A stretch of DNA of 64,000 nt, from assembly GCA_965112155.1 (NCBI GenBank), contig OZ218111.1; one strand, written 5' to 3'. Origin of the DNA: Podarcis liolepis (lineage: Eukaryota). The notes beneath the pieces are model-generated. The model was not told where the DNA came from, did not search any database, and saw only the letters and a program-made list of their open reading frames with translations. Positions 1 through 13,158 of the stretch are shown here, piece by piece. The number at the start of each line of letters is the position of its first letter. Position 1 is the stretch's first letter. The position numbers were made by a program, and so were the translations under genes.

Positions 1-3000
1 ACGAGACTACTGCTCTTAACCACTACACCACACAGAATTTCAAAATACCAGATGCAGAGTTATGATGTCTGACATGGATGTTGCCCTGTGTTTCAGCTAC
101 CAAGGGGAATTAGCCAAGGATCACAGAGTCTCAGCATTCAGGGGTGGTGAAGTTCCCCGTGTGGCCTAACAGACCAGCCTCTGCTGAACTTCAGCAGTGC
201 TGCAGAACCATTCCCAGGGCTTCTGGTCTTAACAGAGCATCGATCCCAACAAAACCCAGCCCTATGCATTTGTCGAAGGAGGAGGAAAACAATATGTCTG
301 GATCATACCTCTAAGGTAGGCAAACAAAAAGAAGAAGAAGAATTGAAATCTGGTTTATGTGAGCAGGGTCCATAGTGACTCTTCTAAACAAAGAGCAAAC
401 TCCAAGCCAAGGTCACCCTACATGCACATGCTTTCCTGTTACTCAGAAGAAGGGCCAACCTCTGGCTAAACATCTCCCTTTCTTCTCGTTCTTGGCTCCA
501 CTGGTCTCCTGGCGCCTCCCCTGTAGGGAGCTTGGGAAACCCTGCAGTGCTGGATAAAAGGGAATCGAACAAGGCAGAGAGATGGGGGGTGCCAGATCCC
601 AACAGCTCAGTCCTCCTCCTCCATCATACAGGCTGCTCTTGAAAGACGTCAACTCCCTTCTTCTTAGGATGCTTTGAAAAGTATTGGCTAAACATCACGA
701 ACCTGGCTTGCCCTTGCCTGCCTTGTGGACTGAGTTGCAGGTAAACAATGGGCATTCAGCAAAGAGAGAATGATTTGCTTGATAGACCCGGTGGAAACAC
801 TAGGAGGAGCTGAGAATTGGCTTTGGGAGAAGAACTGCCAAGGCTGGCCTTGTTCAAAGGGTTTCTTCTTGCCAGGTGCATCTCCAGATCCTATATGAAG
901 TTATTTTGGGTGTGGGAGAGAGATAAGACTCACCAACAATGCACCTTGCGTAGAATGTGCAAAAGGAGAGCTTGCTGGATCAGTTCAATGGCCCATCTAG
1001 GCCAGCATCTTGGACAACCAGATGCCTCAATGGGAACCCTGTAAGCAGGACATGTGATTCCAGCAACTGGTATTCAGAGGTTCACTGCCTCTGCCGTAGC
1101 CACTGTGGCTAGTAGCCATCAATAGCCTTCCTTTCCATGGATTTTACTAATCTTTTATGGCCATCCAAGTTGGTGGCCAACACTGCCTCGTGTGGCAGTG
1201 AGTTCCATAGAGAAACAGATGCTCCTAATCTTTTGTCACTACAAACTGATCTGTGGTACTTAACTACTAAATATTTTGGGATGTGGTTGGTCTGTTCACT
1301 TTGTGTTCGGACACTTCTTAATATATTTTAACTACATTTTGCACGATTGTTGCTGAGATCATCTGTGTTTGGATACAGTTGGAGGCCATTTTGAATCAAG
1401 ATGGCAGGATGCTGCTTTCAAAATTACACTGTTAATTATTATTATTTCTTTGAATTGCCAAACAACACTGGGTACAGGGCTGCTTGTACTTCCATACTAG
1501 TTGTGCAAAAGCTGTGGAGGAAATCCCATTACAAATTTCTCTTTCTGAATGCTGAGCAACAGATTTCTGTGGAAATTCATCTGCTTATTTTAGTTTTGGC
1601 TAACGCCTTCCTTCAAAAAATGTCAGTTGCTTGCTTCATTTGAAAGACTCCAGATATTTTGGGCTATACTTCCACCAGTCCATTTTTAATTTTGCTTGTG
1701 GGTTCAATGAGTGTGCAAATATATTTTGTTGAAACTCACACTGCATTATAGGCTTTGTAGTTTTAGTTCCAAAGCAGAGTAAACTCACTATTCTTATATA
1801 CATGTCTGTTTCAACTTAGGTTACTCCTGCTACTGAGGGATTTGATGAGATGATAGGAGATGATTCAGTAGAAAGAGAAATATTGTGAGACTGTATACCA
1901 AGAGCAACCACAATTTTGGAAAGAGGGTTTGCAAAGGCTGCAAGAGCAATTTTCAGCTCAAATTACATTTTTACAGATTTTAGCAGCAGGCACGCCCCTG
2001 ACCCTCACCCAAATTCTTGCTTAACCAATCCTCTCTTCCTGCCATCGTCACACAGCTCCTTGCTTCGCTCCTATGTCTGATGTTTAAAGATGCTGAAGAG
2101 GCAGATTCAACAGGATTCATATTGTTGCTCTTGGCCCTGGTCCCTGTTGATTTGTGTGCCCAGGCGGAAACCCTTTTTCATCTCAAGTTCCCTTCTGAGC
2201 TGCCCGGGGTGGGGTGGGGGTAATCACATGCCAGTGGTGGGCGGAGACAAAGGCAAAAGCGGGTGGAGCAATGAATGTAAATGTTACACACACCCCTCTC
2301 TGCTCTCCAGGCAAACAAGAGGCATTACCAGAGTTCAAGGGCACATTCCAGAAAGGCAAAAACACTCAAGCAGGGCTGCTGAGAGGTGAGGTCTGGGAAG
2401 AGATGGCTTGGCTGTAGAGAGTCCCAAGGGCGAGAGAGAGAGAGAGAGAGTGCACTGGGGCAGTGGTGTAGTGTGGGTTGCCAGTCCCCAGGGCTGTGGA
2501 GGGAAACGGACAGAGTACACAGGTGCATTCAACTACCAAATGGCATCCACATCACCCAGGAGACTATAGCTGAAGAGATAAGAAAAGTCGTTCCGTTGTT
2601 TGGAGAGGTCACTTCCTAGTTCGCATGAAGCAGCTGTTTTCAACAGAGCCCAGCTATGGAAGTGTGCAGCTATAGTGAGGCAGATCTAGGTGTTGAAATT
2701 TTGTGTGTCTAGTAATTTTGTGCCTAGGGCAACTGCCCCTGTGTCCATCCCCACACTATGCCACTGAGTGGGGGGCGGGGCAGGGCCCTGTATTCAGTCC
2801 CTGGGTTTGATGTTCTTCACACTTGACCCAACCAATTTCTCTCTGTATCTAGTGCAGATGCTTCTCTCCTCCTTTTGTCTCAACAATACCAGCGACTTTC
2901 TCCGTATTCCTGGGAGCCTGTACAAATCAATGGATGTGCAGTTGGTTGTAAGTCCGGAGCCTGTTTTCAGTCATGTCCCTGAGCTGCAGATTCGCCTCCC

Positions 3001-3929
3001 CCTTTTCCATGGTCTAATAGCCAAAATCTGTTAACCTTCAGGGCACAAGGCAGTGCCCATCTGTCCAACCAGACTTGTGCCTCAGGTCCGCATTGTGGGT
3101 TCTTGTGGTTCTGATCAGAGTTTTCATTCCAGGGCTGAATTTACTTGGTTGGACGCTGGCCATTGGACTGTCACTTTTCAGATATCACAAGCATGTGCCT
3201 GAAAATGGTTCTGATGGGTGCATTCAACTAAACGACTGATTCATTATGCAAAAACAAATCAAACAAAAAGTGGCACTGGAACGATTCAATTCAGACTCAT
3301 TATTTATCCAGATTGCAGCAGTGACATTTAACCAGTAAATAACATCACAGGTCTTCCTACTTATTTTCCCCATACAGTGAGGTCCTAAAGGTGGTTATCC
3401 TGAGTCAGGGGTAGATGATGCCATCCGCTCGAGATATTGCTGGACTACAACTCCCATCATACCTCAACACTGACAATGCTGGCTGATGGGACCTGTAACC
3501 CAACAACAACATTGGCTACCCTAGTTCTGAGTTAACCATACTCTTTTCTGAAACCCCTGGAGAGCCACCACCATTCAAGATAGACCATACAGAGCTAGAT
3601 GGACCAAAGGTCAGGTACCCTATGTTCCAGATTCTGGCCTTGCCAATAAATCTTTCCAGACCCTTCCCAAATATTGCATCTCAGAGCATTAGAACCCACA
3701 TAAACATAAACTTAGAACCCTCAGAAAATTGAAGTAGTGAGGAGGAGGTGTAGCAGCAGATGGGAGAGAAGGGTTAAGCATTCCCTCTCCACACTGTTTC
3801 ACCACTAAAACCCACCCAACGTTGCATTGCTCTAAAAGGATTTCTGTACCTGGGCTCTTGGGTGGCATTACATGTGCCCCACATCTTTCCAAATTGGGGG
3901 GGAAACTCGCATAGGAAAACCTGGGGATA

Positions 3930-4300
3930 AGCAAGCCTTATGAGGAATGGTTGAAGGAGTTGGGTATGTTGATCCTGGAAAAGAGGAGATATGATAGCCA
4001 TCTTCAAATATATGATGGAAAGGGGAACAAGCTGGTTTTCTCCTGCTCTGGAAGCTGGGACTCGAATCAATGCCTTCATGTTATAAGAAAGGCAACTCCA
4101 TCAGGAAGAACTTTCTGAGGGTAAGAGCTGTTTGACAGTGGAGCGGTCTTCTTTGGAAGGTGGCGGTCTCTCCTTCCTTGAAGGTTTCTAAGCAGAGGGT
4201 GGATGGCCATCTGTCATGGATGCTTTAGTTGAGATCCCTGCATCGCAGGGAGTTGGACTAGATGACACTCGGGGTCCCTTCTAACTCTACAATTCTATGA
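3930..4300 (+). mobile_element. CR1 LINE 3' fragment (other CR1 remnants near 965-1210, 9700-9845, 11620-11720 and 13700-13960)
   Basis: Decayed YEE.LKELGM..LEKRR / DMIA.FKY coding remnant, ending ggactagatgac...ggtcccttctaactctacaattctatga (CR1 3' terminus). Confidence 0.8.
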
Positions 4301-5016
4301 ATTGGGGTGGTGGCAAGTGGGTGAGCGGAGGAGAGTGGGGAACGTTCCCTTCCTGCCTCCCTTGAGTCCAGCCTGCATGAAACAGTTAAGCAGAAGTCGG
4401 CGGTATGGATGCTGCACAGTTACTTGAGGCTCCTTCTCTGTTTTTTCACTTGTGAAATATTTCTGTCAGAACCAGTTAATGTACAAATTAGCAGCGGTGG
4501 TCTCTCTTACGTCTTCTGACTCACTAATTTGACAGGGGGGTTGGTTCTGTCCATGGAGCAAACTCACGGCGGGCAAATAGCAGGTCAGGCAGCTGAGGCT
4601 TCTCCAGGAAGGACCCGCAGGTTAATCTTCCTAGAGGGACTGGAAGGAGGGGGGAGACATTTGTCACTGTACAGCTGTAACAATTAGGGAACTGGGCAGG
4701 ATATGCTTCCGAAGGAAGGGACAGGGCCCCCTGCGGAGGATATTCCATTACGAGAGTGTGAAAGGCACAGCAGCATCTCTCTTACCTGCTCCTTGGTTAA
4801 ATTCCTCTGGTGGATTCATGCCAGTAGTGGCTGAGCAAGCGGAGTTAAATAGAATTGCTCTCCGGAAGTTGCACTGGGCTAGTGTAGCATCGGCAGAAAC
4901 AACTGGGTAGGACTTTAAGGCAGACAGCCAGAGCCCAGCTCAGGAAGTTGAGCAGGAGCCGGGGTAGCTCACCACAGAGGGAAGCAATCCATGTTGCCAT
5001 CTAATGTAAGAAGATA

Positions 5017-5242
5017 CAGTGGTACCTCAGGTTTCATACGCTTCAGGTTACAGACTCCACTGACTCAGAAATAGTACCTTGGATTAAGAACTTTGCTTCA
5101 GGATGAGAACAGAAATCGTACTCCGGCGGCGCGGCAGCAGCAGGAGGCCCCATTAGCTAAAGTGGTGCTTCAGGTTAAGAACAGTTTCAGGTTAAGAACA
5201 GACCTCTGGAACGAATTAAGTACTTAACCCGAGGTACCACTG
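5017..5242. mobile_element. Tc1/mariner (Tigger/pogo-like) MITE
   Basis: TIRs CAGTGGTACCTC...GAGGTACCACTG with TA target duplication on both sides. Confidence 0.88.
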
Positions 5243-7005
5243 TAGTGTGAAGCAAGGGGTTTCCCCCGCCAGCCATAGTAAGCTGCTTTGTAGAGACTCG
5301 GACTGAGACCATTGTTCCATCTAGCTCAGCATTTCCCACACGGACTGGCAGCTGCTGTCCCAGATTTCAGGAAGGGGCATTTTGAGCACTACCTGGAGAT
5401 GATGTGGGTTGAATTTGGAACCTTCTGCATGAGTTCAGGCAGGGAGTCTCTCCCAGCCCAGCCTGGAGAGAGCAGGGATTGAACTGGGGACCTTCGGATG
5501 CTCTTCCAACAAGCTACAGCCAGTCCAGAGTCGAAACTTCCTTAACCTCACCACTGAGTACCACAGCAGACAGAGGGCTTGACTGAGACCCAGGTTCAAA
5601 TCTTTGGTCTACCATGAATCTCTCTCTGTCTCTTAGTTTAAACCACTGCCCAGGGTTTTTGTGAGGGTAAAACTGGTAGGGAGAAGGGCATGGAATTGCT
5701 GCTGTTGTTAAAATGTAATGAATGATTACAATTAAAGGTGGGGTTCGCCTAACAAACCCCACTAGTGGAAGTCCTGTGAAGTGGGGTTTTCCCTCCCCTG
5801 TGCAGGAAATTGCAGTGATGGAAGAATAAACTTAGTGTGCTGTTGAATTCATCCCCACATGTTTTTATTGCCACACAGGAGGAGTGGGGCAGGGGGAGAA
5901 GAGCTTGGTATTCAACTAATTTTTGCTCAAAGTAGACCTATTAAAATTGATGGACCTAACAGCCATGCTAATTAATTTTACTCTGAGTAAAACTTAGCTG
6001 AATGCCACCCTATGTCACAAGGAACCTGCTAGGACTGTGAGGATAATCAATGTGGGTGAGTTGGCCCTACATCTGACATCTTTGGGGTTTAAATGCCAGC
6101 TCCCTCTTTGGGCAGCATATTAGGGGAGGCATCCTAGGGCAGCCATTGCCAACCAGGTGCCCTCCAGATGTTATGCACTGTAACTACCATCAGCCCTTGC
6201 CAGCATGGTTGTGCTGATGGGAGTCTTAGTTCAAAACATCTGGAGGTGTATTTTGCTTCTGCCAATGAGGTTGCCAGGCCCAGAAGTGGGAGGGTGGAGG
6301 GGGAGAAACGAGGGAGGAAGACGAAAGCAAGCCCAGCAAGAGAAATAGCTGGCAGTCAAGTTTAAAAGTCTTTGCTTTTGGCATGAAAGCATGATTCACA
6401 CAAGGAAAGTTACAGTATCTATGAAGAAGCCTCTGTTTACAGGACTTCAAGGAATTACAAGATCACCCTATGCTTGGCAGCGCTGGGACTGCTAAGCCCC
6501 AAGGGATGCTGGGAGCTCAGAGGATTACTGAGGGAATGTGGAGCAAAAGAGAAGGATGCCAGAAGAGAGAATTTTCTTTTCTAGAAACAGCAAAAGGAAA
6601 ACCATGTCCATCTTCCTGTTAATTCAGTGGTGGCTGTTGGCCATTGAGGCTGGTAGGGGAGAACGCTGGGAACCCGAGCCAGCGTCAGGCCATCACCTAA
6701 TTCTGGTCTTGTCTCCATTCTTCTCTGAATTAACAGGAAGGTGAACATGGTTCTTCTTGGTAGTTCTTCCACCCCCTGAAGTTTGGGGGGGTGGGGCCCA
6801 GGAGAGGGTATTCTATGAGTCCTGGGCCCGTCTGTCATGCTATGCTGCGGGAGTGTCCTTCCACACAGTAATGCAGTAACACGTGGGAAACATACAGAAC
6901 AACAAATAATGCTGAGGACCCACCACTATAATCATATTGCAGAATATACTGCCAAAAAACCCCCCACTCTAGTCAAGAGGACACCAGGTCTAGGATACAA
7001 GTTAC

Positions 7006-7375
7006 TTGTTGTTGTTGTTTAGTCATTTAGTCGTGTCCGACTCTTCGTGACCCCCTGGACCAGAGCACGCCAGGCACTCCTGTCTTCCACTGCCTCCCGC
7101 AGTTTGGTCAAACTCATGTTAGTAGCTTCAAGAACACTGTCCAACCATCTCGTCCTCTGTCGTCCCCTTCTCCTTGCGCCCTCCATCTTTCCCAGCATCA
7201 GGGTCTTTTCCAGGGAGTCTTCTCTTCTCATGAGGTGGCCAAAGTATTGGAGCCTCAGCTTCAGGATCTGTCCTTCCAGTGAGCACTCAGGGCTGATTTC
7301 CTGAAGAATGGATACGTTTGATCTTCTTGCAGTCCATGGGACTCTCAAGAGTCTCCTCCAGCACCATAATTCAAA
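7006..7375 (-). mobile_element. RTE/BovB-like LINE 3' fragment with (CAA)n tail
   Basis: Translation FELWCWRRLLRVPWTARRSN...LKLRLQYFGHLMRREDSLEKTLMLGKMEG.RRRGRQRTRWLD...VTKSRTRLND is the classic BovB C-terminus. Confidence 0.92.
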
Positions 7376-8967
7376 TTGGGACAGGCAGTAAAGGCAACGG
7401 AAGTCTGAGGTTTTACAGCTGGCAGGCAGCCAAGGAGCTGGGGCAGATTCCATAGAAACAACTGTGGCTTTCAGCTGCATTACCAACTTGCACAATCTGC
7501 CCAGTCCCTCTTGCTGAACCTGCATATAAAATAAGAACCATGCTAAATCTCCAGTACTTTCTGCTCATTACAAAGTTGAACTTGTCAAACACGGAGAGGG
7601 AACCTGCAGCTCTCCATACATTGTCAGGACGCAGTTGGCAGAGCATGAGGCTCTTAATCTCTTAACACCAGGGTTGTGGGTTTGAGCCCCACATTGGGTG
7701 AAAGATTTCTGCATTGCAGGGAGTTGAACTCAGTGACCCTTGGGGTCCCTTCCAACTCTTCATTTCTATGATTCTACCTGTTCCCAGCTAGCATGGCCAG
7801 TGTCTCAGTGGGAAGGACAGCCCAACCATATCAAGAGGCCATAGGTTTCCTCTTCCTGCCATAAAAGATTTCCCCTGGAACCTCCCGCCACTTGAGCAAT
7901 GGTGGGGGGAGAAAACACACTTGACAATATGGATCAGCTCCAACTTCCTAGGCTTTAAATACCATCAGCTTCCAACTAGGGGCACAAATGGAGCATTTCT
8001 TAGAAGGCTATGGACAGACAGAGGGGCCAAACCCACAAGCATCCAGAGCCTGCTTCTCTGTTGGCCTGGACCCCAGACAGTGGACAGCCAGAAGGCCTCT
8101 CTCCCTGTCTGGTGAGCTCCTAAGCCCAGCCTTTGCCAGGCCGCAGAACATTGTTCTGACAGACCGTTTTGGAGACCGCTTATCCAGCCGCGAAGGGGGA
8201 TTTGCTGGGGAAGGCCCAGCCGTCCCTGCCAGGCAGGTGGGAGGCAGAGAGCACACCGGCTGCCTCCGGGTCCTGGGGACAGCATCCACCAGCGCGTGAT
8301 GCGTTGTGGCAGTTTCCCTGCAGCCTGGAGCCTGCCTGGAGCGAGCGCTGCTGATGTCTTTAATTGCTTTCAGATTCGATAGCCCGGCTCTTGACAGCCT
8401 CGGCTGCGCAGCTGCAGCGCTGCCAACTGTCCCCACTTAGCTAGGGACGGAGCCCCACATTCATCTCCTCTCCTGGCGGCCTTTGAAAAAAAGGAGGGAT
8501 CAAACAGGATGAGCTGCCCAGCTCCCTTTGCGAGCAGAGTAGCTCAGAGAGTTTCAGAGGCTTCTGGCCTTCAGAGGGACTCTCGTCCATCCGCAGCTGT
8601 TCAGGAGAGCCGCAAAGGAACCGGTGCTACAGAGCCTCCTCGCCTTTATGCTGTCGGTTGATACTTGTTCCCATTACAGAGGATTCTATTTGTTTATTGC
8701 ATTGATATCACTCCTCCCCTCCAAGGTGCTCAGAGTGGCGAACAGGGCTCTTCCCCCGCCTGCACTGTTTGATCTTCACAACAACCCTGTGAGGTAGGTT
8801 AGGGCTGAGAAACAGGGAATGGCCCCAAGGTCATTCGGTGAGTTCCCTGGATTAGCAGGACCTTTGTCGTTTTGTCTCTGTGGTACAGAACTCCCTTCTC
8901 TAGGGGGACCTGTCAAGCGCCCCAGAGTGGCCAACAATGCCTGTCTTCCACCCTTCTGCCCTTAACA

Positions 8968-9299
8968 CAGGCTTCCTGAAGGAGCGTCTCCACCCCCATT
9001 GTTCTGCCCGGACGCTGAGGTCCAGCACCGAGGGCCTTCTGGCGGTTCCCTCATTGCGAGAAGCAAAGCTACAGGGAACCAGGCAGAGGGCCTTTTCGGT
9101 AGTGGCGCCCGCCCTGTGGAACGCCCTCCCATCAGATGTCAAAATGATAAACAACTACCTGACATTCAGAAGACATCTTAAGGCAGCCCTGTTCAGGGAA
9201 GTTTTTAATGTATGATATTTTAGTGTTTTTTTGGTTTCTATGGAAGCCGCCCAGAGTGGCTGAGGAAACCCAGCCAGATGGGCGGGGTACAAATAATAA

Positions 9300-9336
<37 letters not shown>

Positions 9337-9464
9337 CTCAAACTCAGCCCTCCAGATGTTTTGAGACTACAGTTCCCATCATCCCTGACCACTGGTCCTG
9401 TTAGCTAGGGATCATGGGAGTTGTAGGCCAAAAACATCTGGAGGGCCAAGTTTGAGGAAGCCTG
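8968..9464. mobile_element. hAT-type MITE split by the L2 insertion
   Basis: TIR CAGGCTTCCT|CAAACT...AGTTTGAGGAAGCCTG; internally palindromic body 9334-9464. Confidence 0.7.
8975..9333 (+). mobile_element. L2-clade LINE 3' end with (TTA)n tail, nested in a hAT MITE
   Basis: LKERLHPH.SARTLRSS.EGLL.VP...TRQRAFSVVAPALWNALP..FRRHLKAALF is the L2 ORF2 terminus, followed by a 3' hairpin (gccgcccagagtgg...gggcggggta) and TTA repeats. Confidence 0.85.
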
Positions 9465-12400
9465 CAACAGCACCCTACCTCTGACACGCTACCTCCACAT
9501 CAAAGCAAGGTTGTTGTCGTCGTCCCCTGCGACTTCCACTGCTAAAATCCATTCCTCCACTCAGCTTTGACTTGGGCCACATCCATACAACACATTTAAA
9601 AATTAATTTGCATTGGGTTAATAGATTAGAAGACAATATAACTGCAGAAAATGAAAATGAAAAATTTACCCTCCCACTCTTGTCAAGAAGTGATGTCTGC
9701 GTGAAGTGAGAACTGTTCTGCAGTGGGATAGATTGCCTTCACTAGAGGTTCTTAAACAGAGGTTGGATGGCCATCTGTCAGGGATTCTTCAGCTGTGGTT
9801 CCTAGATGACCATTGGAATACCTTCCAGGTCTACAGTTCTATGATCCAGATTTGAAGTCTGGATCTCAGGGTTTGAGTCCCGCAGTGGTTGAACAGCTCA
9901 ACAGCTTTTGTGTGCAGATTTTCACTTTTTGACATATGGCAACCCTAATGTTGGACAATCAATATCTGGACTTAATAAGCCAATTTGTTCCTCCTTTCAT
10001 GAAAACCTACAGCAAACCAGGAAGTCTTGCATTAGCCCCAATGTTCCAGCTTGCCCAAACCAGGAAACCATGGTCAATCACTTCAGAGTAAGTCAGTATA
10101 TTAAACTATGGTTTTAAATTAATATGTATATGACAGGACACTCTGTCCTTTTTTCATATTGGGTGGTTGTTCCATCTGTTCCTTTGTGTTCTTGCACCTG
10201 GGAAATATCTAAAGAACTCCCAGCATTGACAGCAAAGTTTTGTACCTGGTTGAACCCAGCACTCCAGATCCCAGTCAGAAGGGACAGATTGCCCCTCGAG
10301 CATCTTTGCAGACAGGGATCCATTAGACACACAGCCGGCAGCAGCCCTTGGAGGCTGGAAACTCCATTAGAGGGCTGTGGATACAGAGCTGGCTTTGGAA
10401 GGAGAGCATGTTAGCAAGACAGGAAAAGGCTACCCCTCCCAGCCTGAGACTAGACCAGCTTGTCTGGCCCCTTGCATCCTTTCCTGGGCAACACCTGCCA
10501 AGATTTCCTACGTATCCAACCTGGCATAGGCCAGGCATGTCAGGGAGCTGCAATAAAATGTTGTAGCGGGAGAGTGCTTCTCACTCAGGATTCTAGACTC
10601 TCTGTTTTGCCACTGACATAGAATAATAGACTTTTAAGGAAATTAGTTGATCCCAATGCATTTTACTCTGTTTGGTTCCCAGCCATATATTTTGTAAACA
10701 CAGCTGTGTGGAGTATTGGGGCTCCAATAGGGAAGAGTTCGGTTTGGAAAGAAATGCTTGTATTTCTATAATAGCAATGTGTCAATGCTCTCTTACTCGT
10801 TTTCATTAAGACCAGTAGCTTACATTGTGAAAGGAGAGGAAGAGAGGGATTGTGCATCCTCATGTTTTGTTTTCTTTTGCTTTGCTTTGTTGTGTCTTGT
10901 TCAGTTTTGTTGTTTGCTTCTTTGGAAAATAAGTGTTACAGCTTTTGGAGGTGGTCAGTCTACATGATACCTGTGGGTCCCTTCCAAACTCGTGATGTGT
11001 ATCTGCAAGGCTAGAATCTATTAGAAGAAATCTGCTGAACCAGCGAAACCAGTTTCTTTTTTAAGGTAATGGCCTTAGCTGGCCAATTAAGTACCACCCT
11101 TTACATGTCCAAAGAGGCTGCCCTGTTGGCATAGAGACAAATAGGTGGGCCTTTTCCCACCTTCCCTGGCTGAATGCCATATCATTCTAAGATGGAGAGC
11201 AACAGGGTAAGTGGGCCTGGGTGTGTGTTTGAGTTTTGTGTGAATGCTGGAAGCTGGAGACACAGAGGCTTGTCTTGCTCTGTGCTGAACCCAAAACTAT
11301 GGCATGGGGAACCCCGTAGAAACGTAATTTGGAAGTAAAATCTGTTGGAGCATGAATGCTGTGAGCCCTTCCACCTTATGCTCAGGTTGTATATAAGTGT
11401 ATATAAATCCACATATCCTAAAGACACCACTGTTTCCAGTGACCTTCATTCCAAAGAAACTGAACCCCACTCAGCAATTGGGGTGCATGCAACACTACCA
11501 ACCAACCAACAAAATTAAAAATAGGGGGATGTGGATCATTGGGAAACTTTTAATGAGATGTCAGAAAGAGGAGGAAAAGACCCACAGCGCAGCCAGTCCC
11601 TAGAGAACATAGTGAGAAGTGCTGGCTTTAAAGCTTCAGAAAGGCAGACTTCAGAGAAAAATGTTAGGAAGGATTTCCAAACTTAACAGGAGCAGCTTGG
11701 CAGTGTTGCTCTCAGAAGCACATACCCCGAAGGCCCATTAGCCGCCATCTGCATTATTGACAAGGGCATGGTGCTGCAACCACCGAACACCGGGCGGGCC
11801 CCAGGCAAAGCACTCTGCTTACTCCACAAAGCCACATGACAACACCCGGGGAAAGGTAGGCTGGGGAGGCTTGCGAAACTTGCCAGGCCTTGCAATCGGG
11901 TGCAGGTCAGCTGGGTAGCCATGCGCCCTACTTTGAAAAGTCCTCTTTGCAGAGAGGCTGCCTTTTCAGCTTTAGGAACAGGGAGCCTGTGGGCCGCCAG
12001 CTGTTGCCAGACTACAGCTCCCATCATCCCTGGCTGTGGGCTGTGATAGCTGGGGCTGATGGGAGTTGGGGTCCAACAAGTCCAAGCAGCGTGAAAAGCT
12101 TTTCTCCCTCTCTCATAGCACCAGAACTCGTGAACCAATGAAGCTGAATGTTGGATGATTCAGGGCAGACAAAAGATGGTGCATAGTTAACCTATGGAAC
12201 TCAACCCCACAAGAGGCAGTGATGGCCACCAATTTTAAAAGAGAACAGCAAAAGCAGCTGGGAAGGGGGAAGAGGAATTTAGGGATTAAAAACAAGTTTT
12301 ATAAATTGTGTGTCTTTGTTTCTCAATTTGATCCTTTTACGTGGCTTTGTATGTATTGTGGTATTTTATCCAGTGTGACTTGCCATTATTTTTATTGATC

Positions 12401-12833
12401 ATAGTTTAGTAATGATTTATTGTAATAGTTTAGAATGCAATTCTTTTTAATTGTTATTTGCTGATGTTCTGAGAGTTAATTTTACTGTGTGACATTATAT
12501 TCTAATAGATTCTAATATTACTTTGTTTGATATAAATCATTTCATTTTAAAGTTAAATCTTTATTGTGACTTTTTGTATTGGATCAGATTATTATAAGGT
12601 GTGTGCTCTTCGCTGTACATTTTGTTCCTGCAAACTGCCTTGTGTATAGTAATATAGGAAGGCGGTATGGGAATTAAAAGCGAAAAGAAAAGAAAAGTAA
12701 AATGAAAAGAAGATTGGACTACTTAAGTCATGATGGCTATTGCTCCATAGCTGGGGGCAGTAGTGCTTCTGAATACCATTTGATGGAAACCTCAGGAGGG
12801 CAGAGGGCTCCCAACCAGATGGGAAACTGGCAA

Positions 12834-13066
12834 GTAGACTCGTAATCTGGTGAACCGGGTTCACTTCCCCGCTCCTCCACATGCAGCTGCTGGGTGACGT
12901 TGGGCTAGTCACACTTCTTTGAAGTCTCTTAGCCCCACTCACCTCACAGAGTGCTTGTTGTAGGGGAGGAAGGGAAAGGAGAATGTTAGCTGCTTTGAGA
13001 CTCCTTCGGGTAGTGATAAAGTGGGATATCAATTCCAAACTCTTCATCATCATCTTCTTCTTCATC
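12834..13066 (+). mobile_element. tRNA-derived SINE with L2-like tail (Squam3-like)
   Basis: B-box-like ggttcacttcccc, body gggtgacgttgggctagtcac, 3' hairpin gagactccttcgggtagtgataaagtgggata and (TCT/TCA)n tail. Confidence 0.7.
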
Positions 13067-13072
13067 ACAAAA

Positions 13073-13158
13073 TCCTTCCTTCCTTCCTTCCTTCCTTCCT
13101 TCCTTCCTTCCTTCCTTCCTTCCTTCCCTCCCTCCCTCCCTCCCTCCCTCCCTCCCTC
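13073..13158. repeat. (TTCC)n/(CTCC)n polypyrimidine microsatellite
   Basis: Seen directly. Confidence 0.95.

Noticed and set aside
375-740. Cluster of short ORFs and a + strand donor-like site (CAG|GTAAAC)
   Set aside because: No recognisable protein (not the PRR35 zinc-finger motif) and no consistent exon structure.
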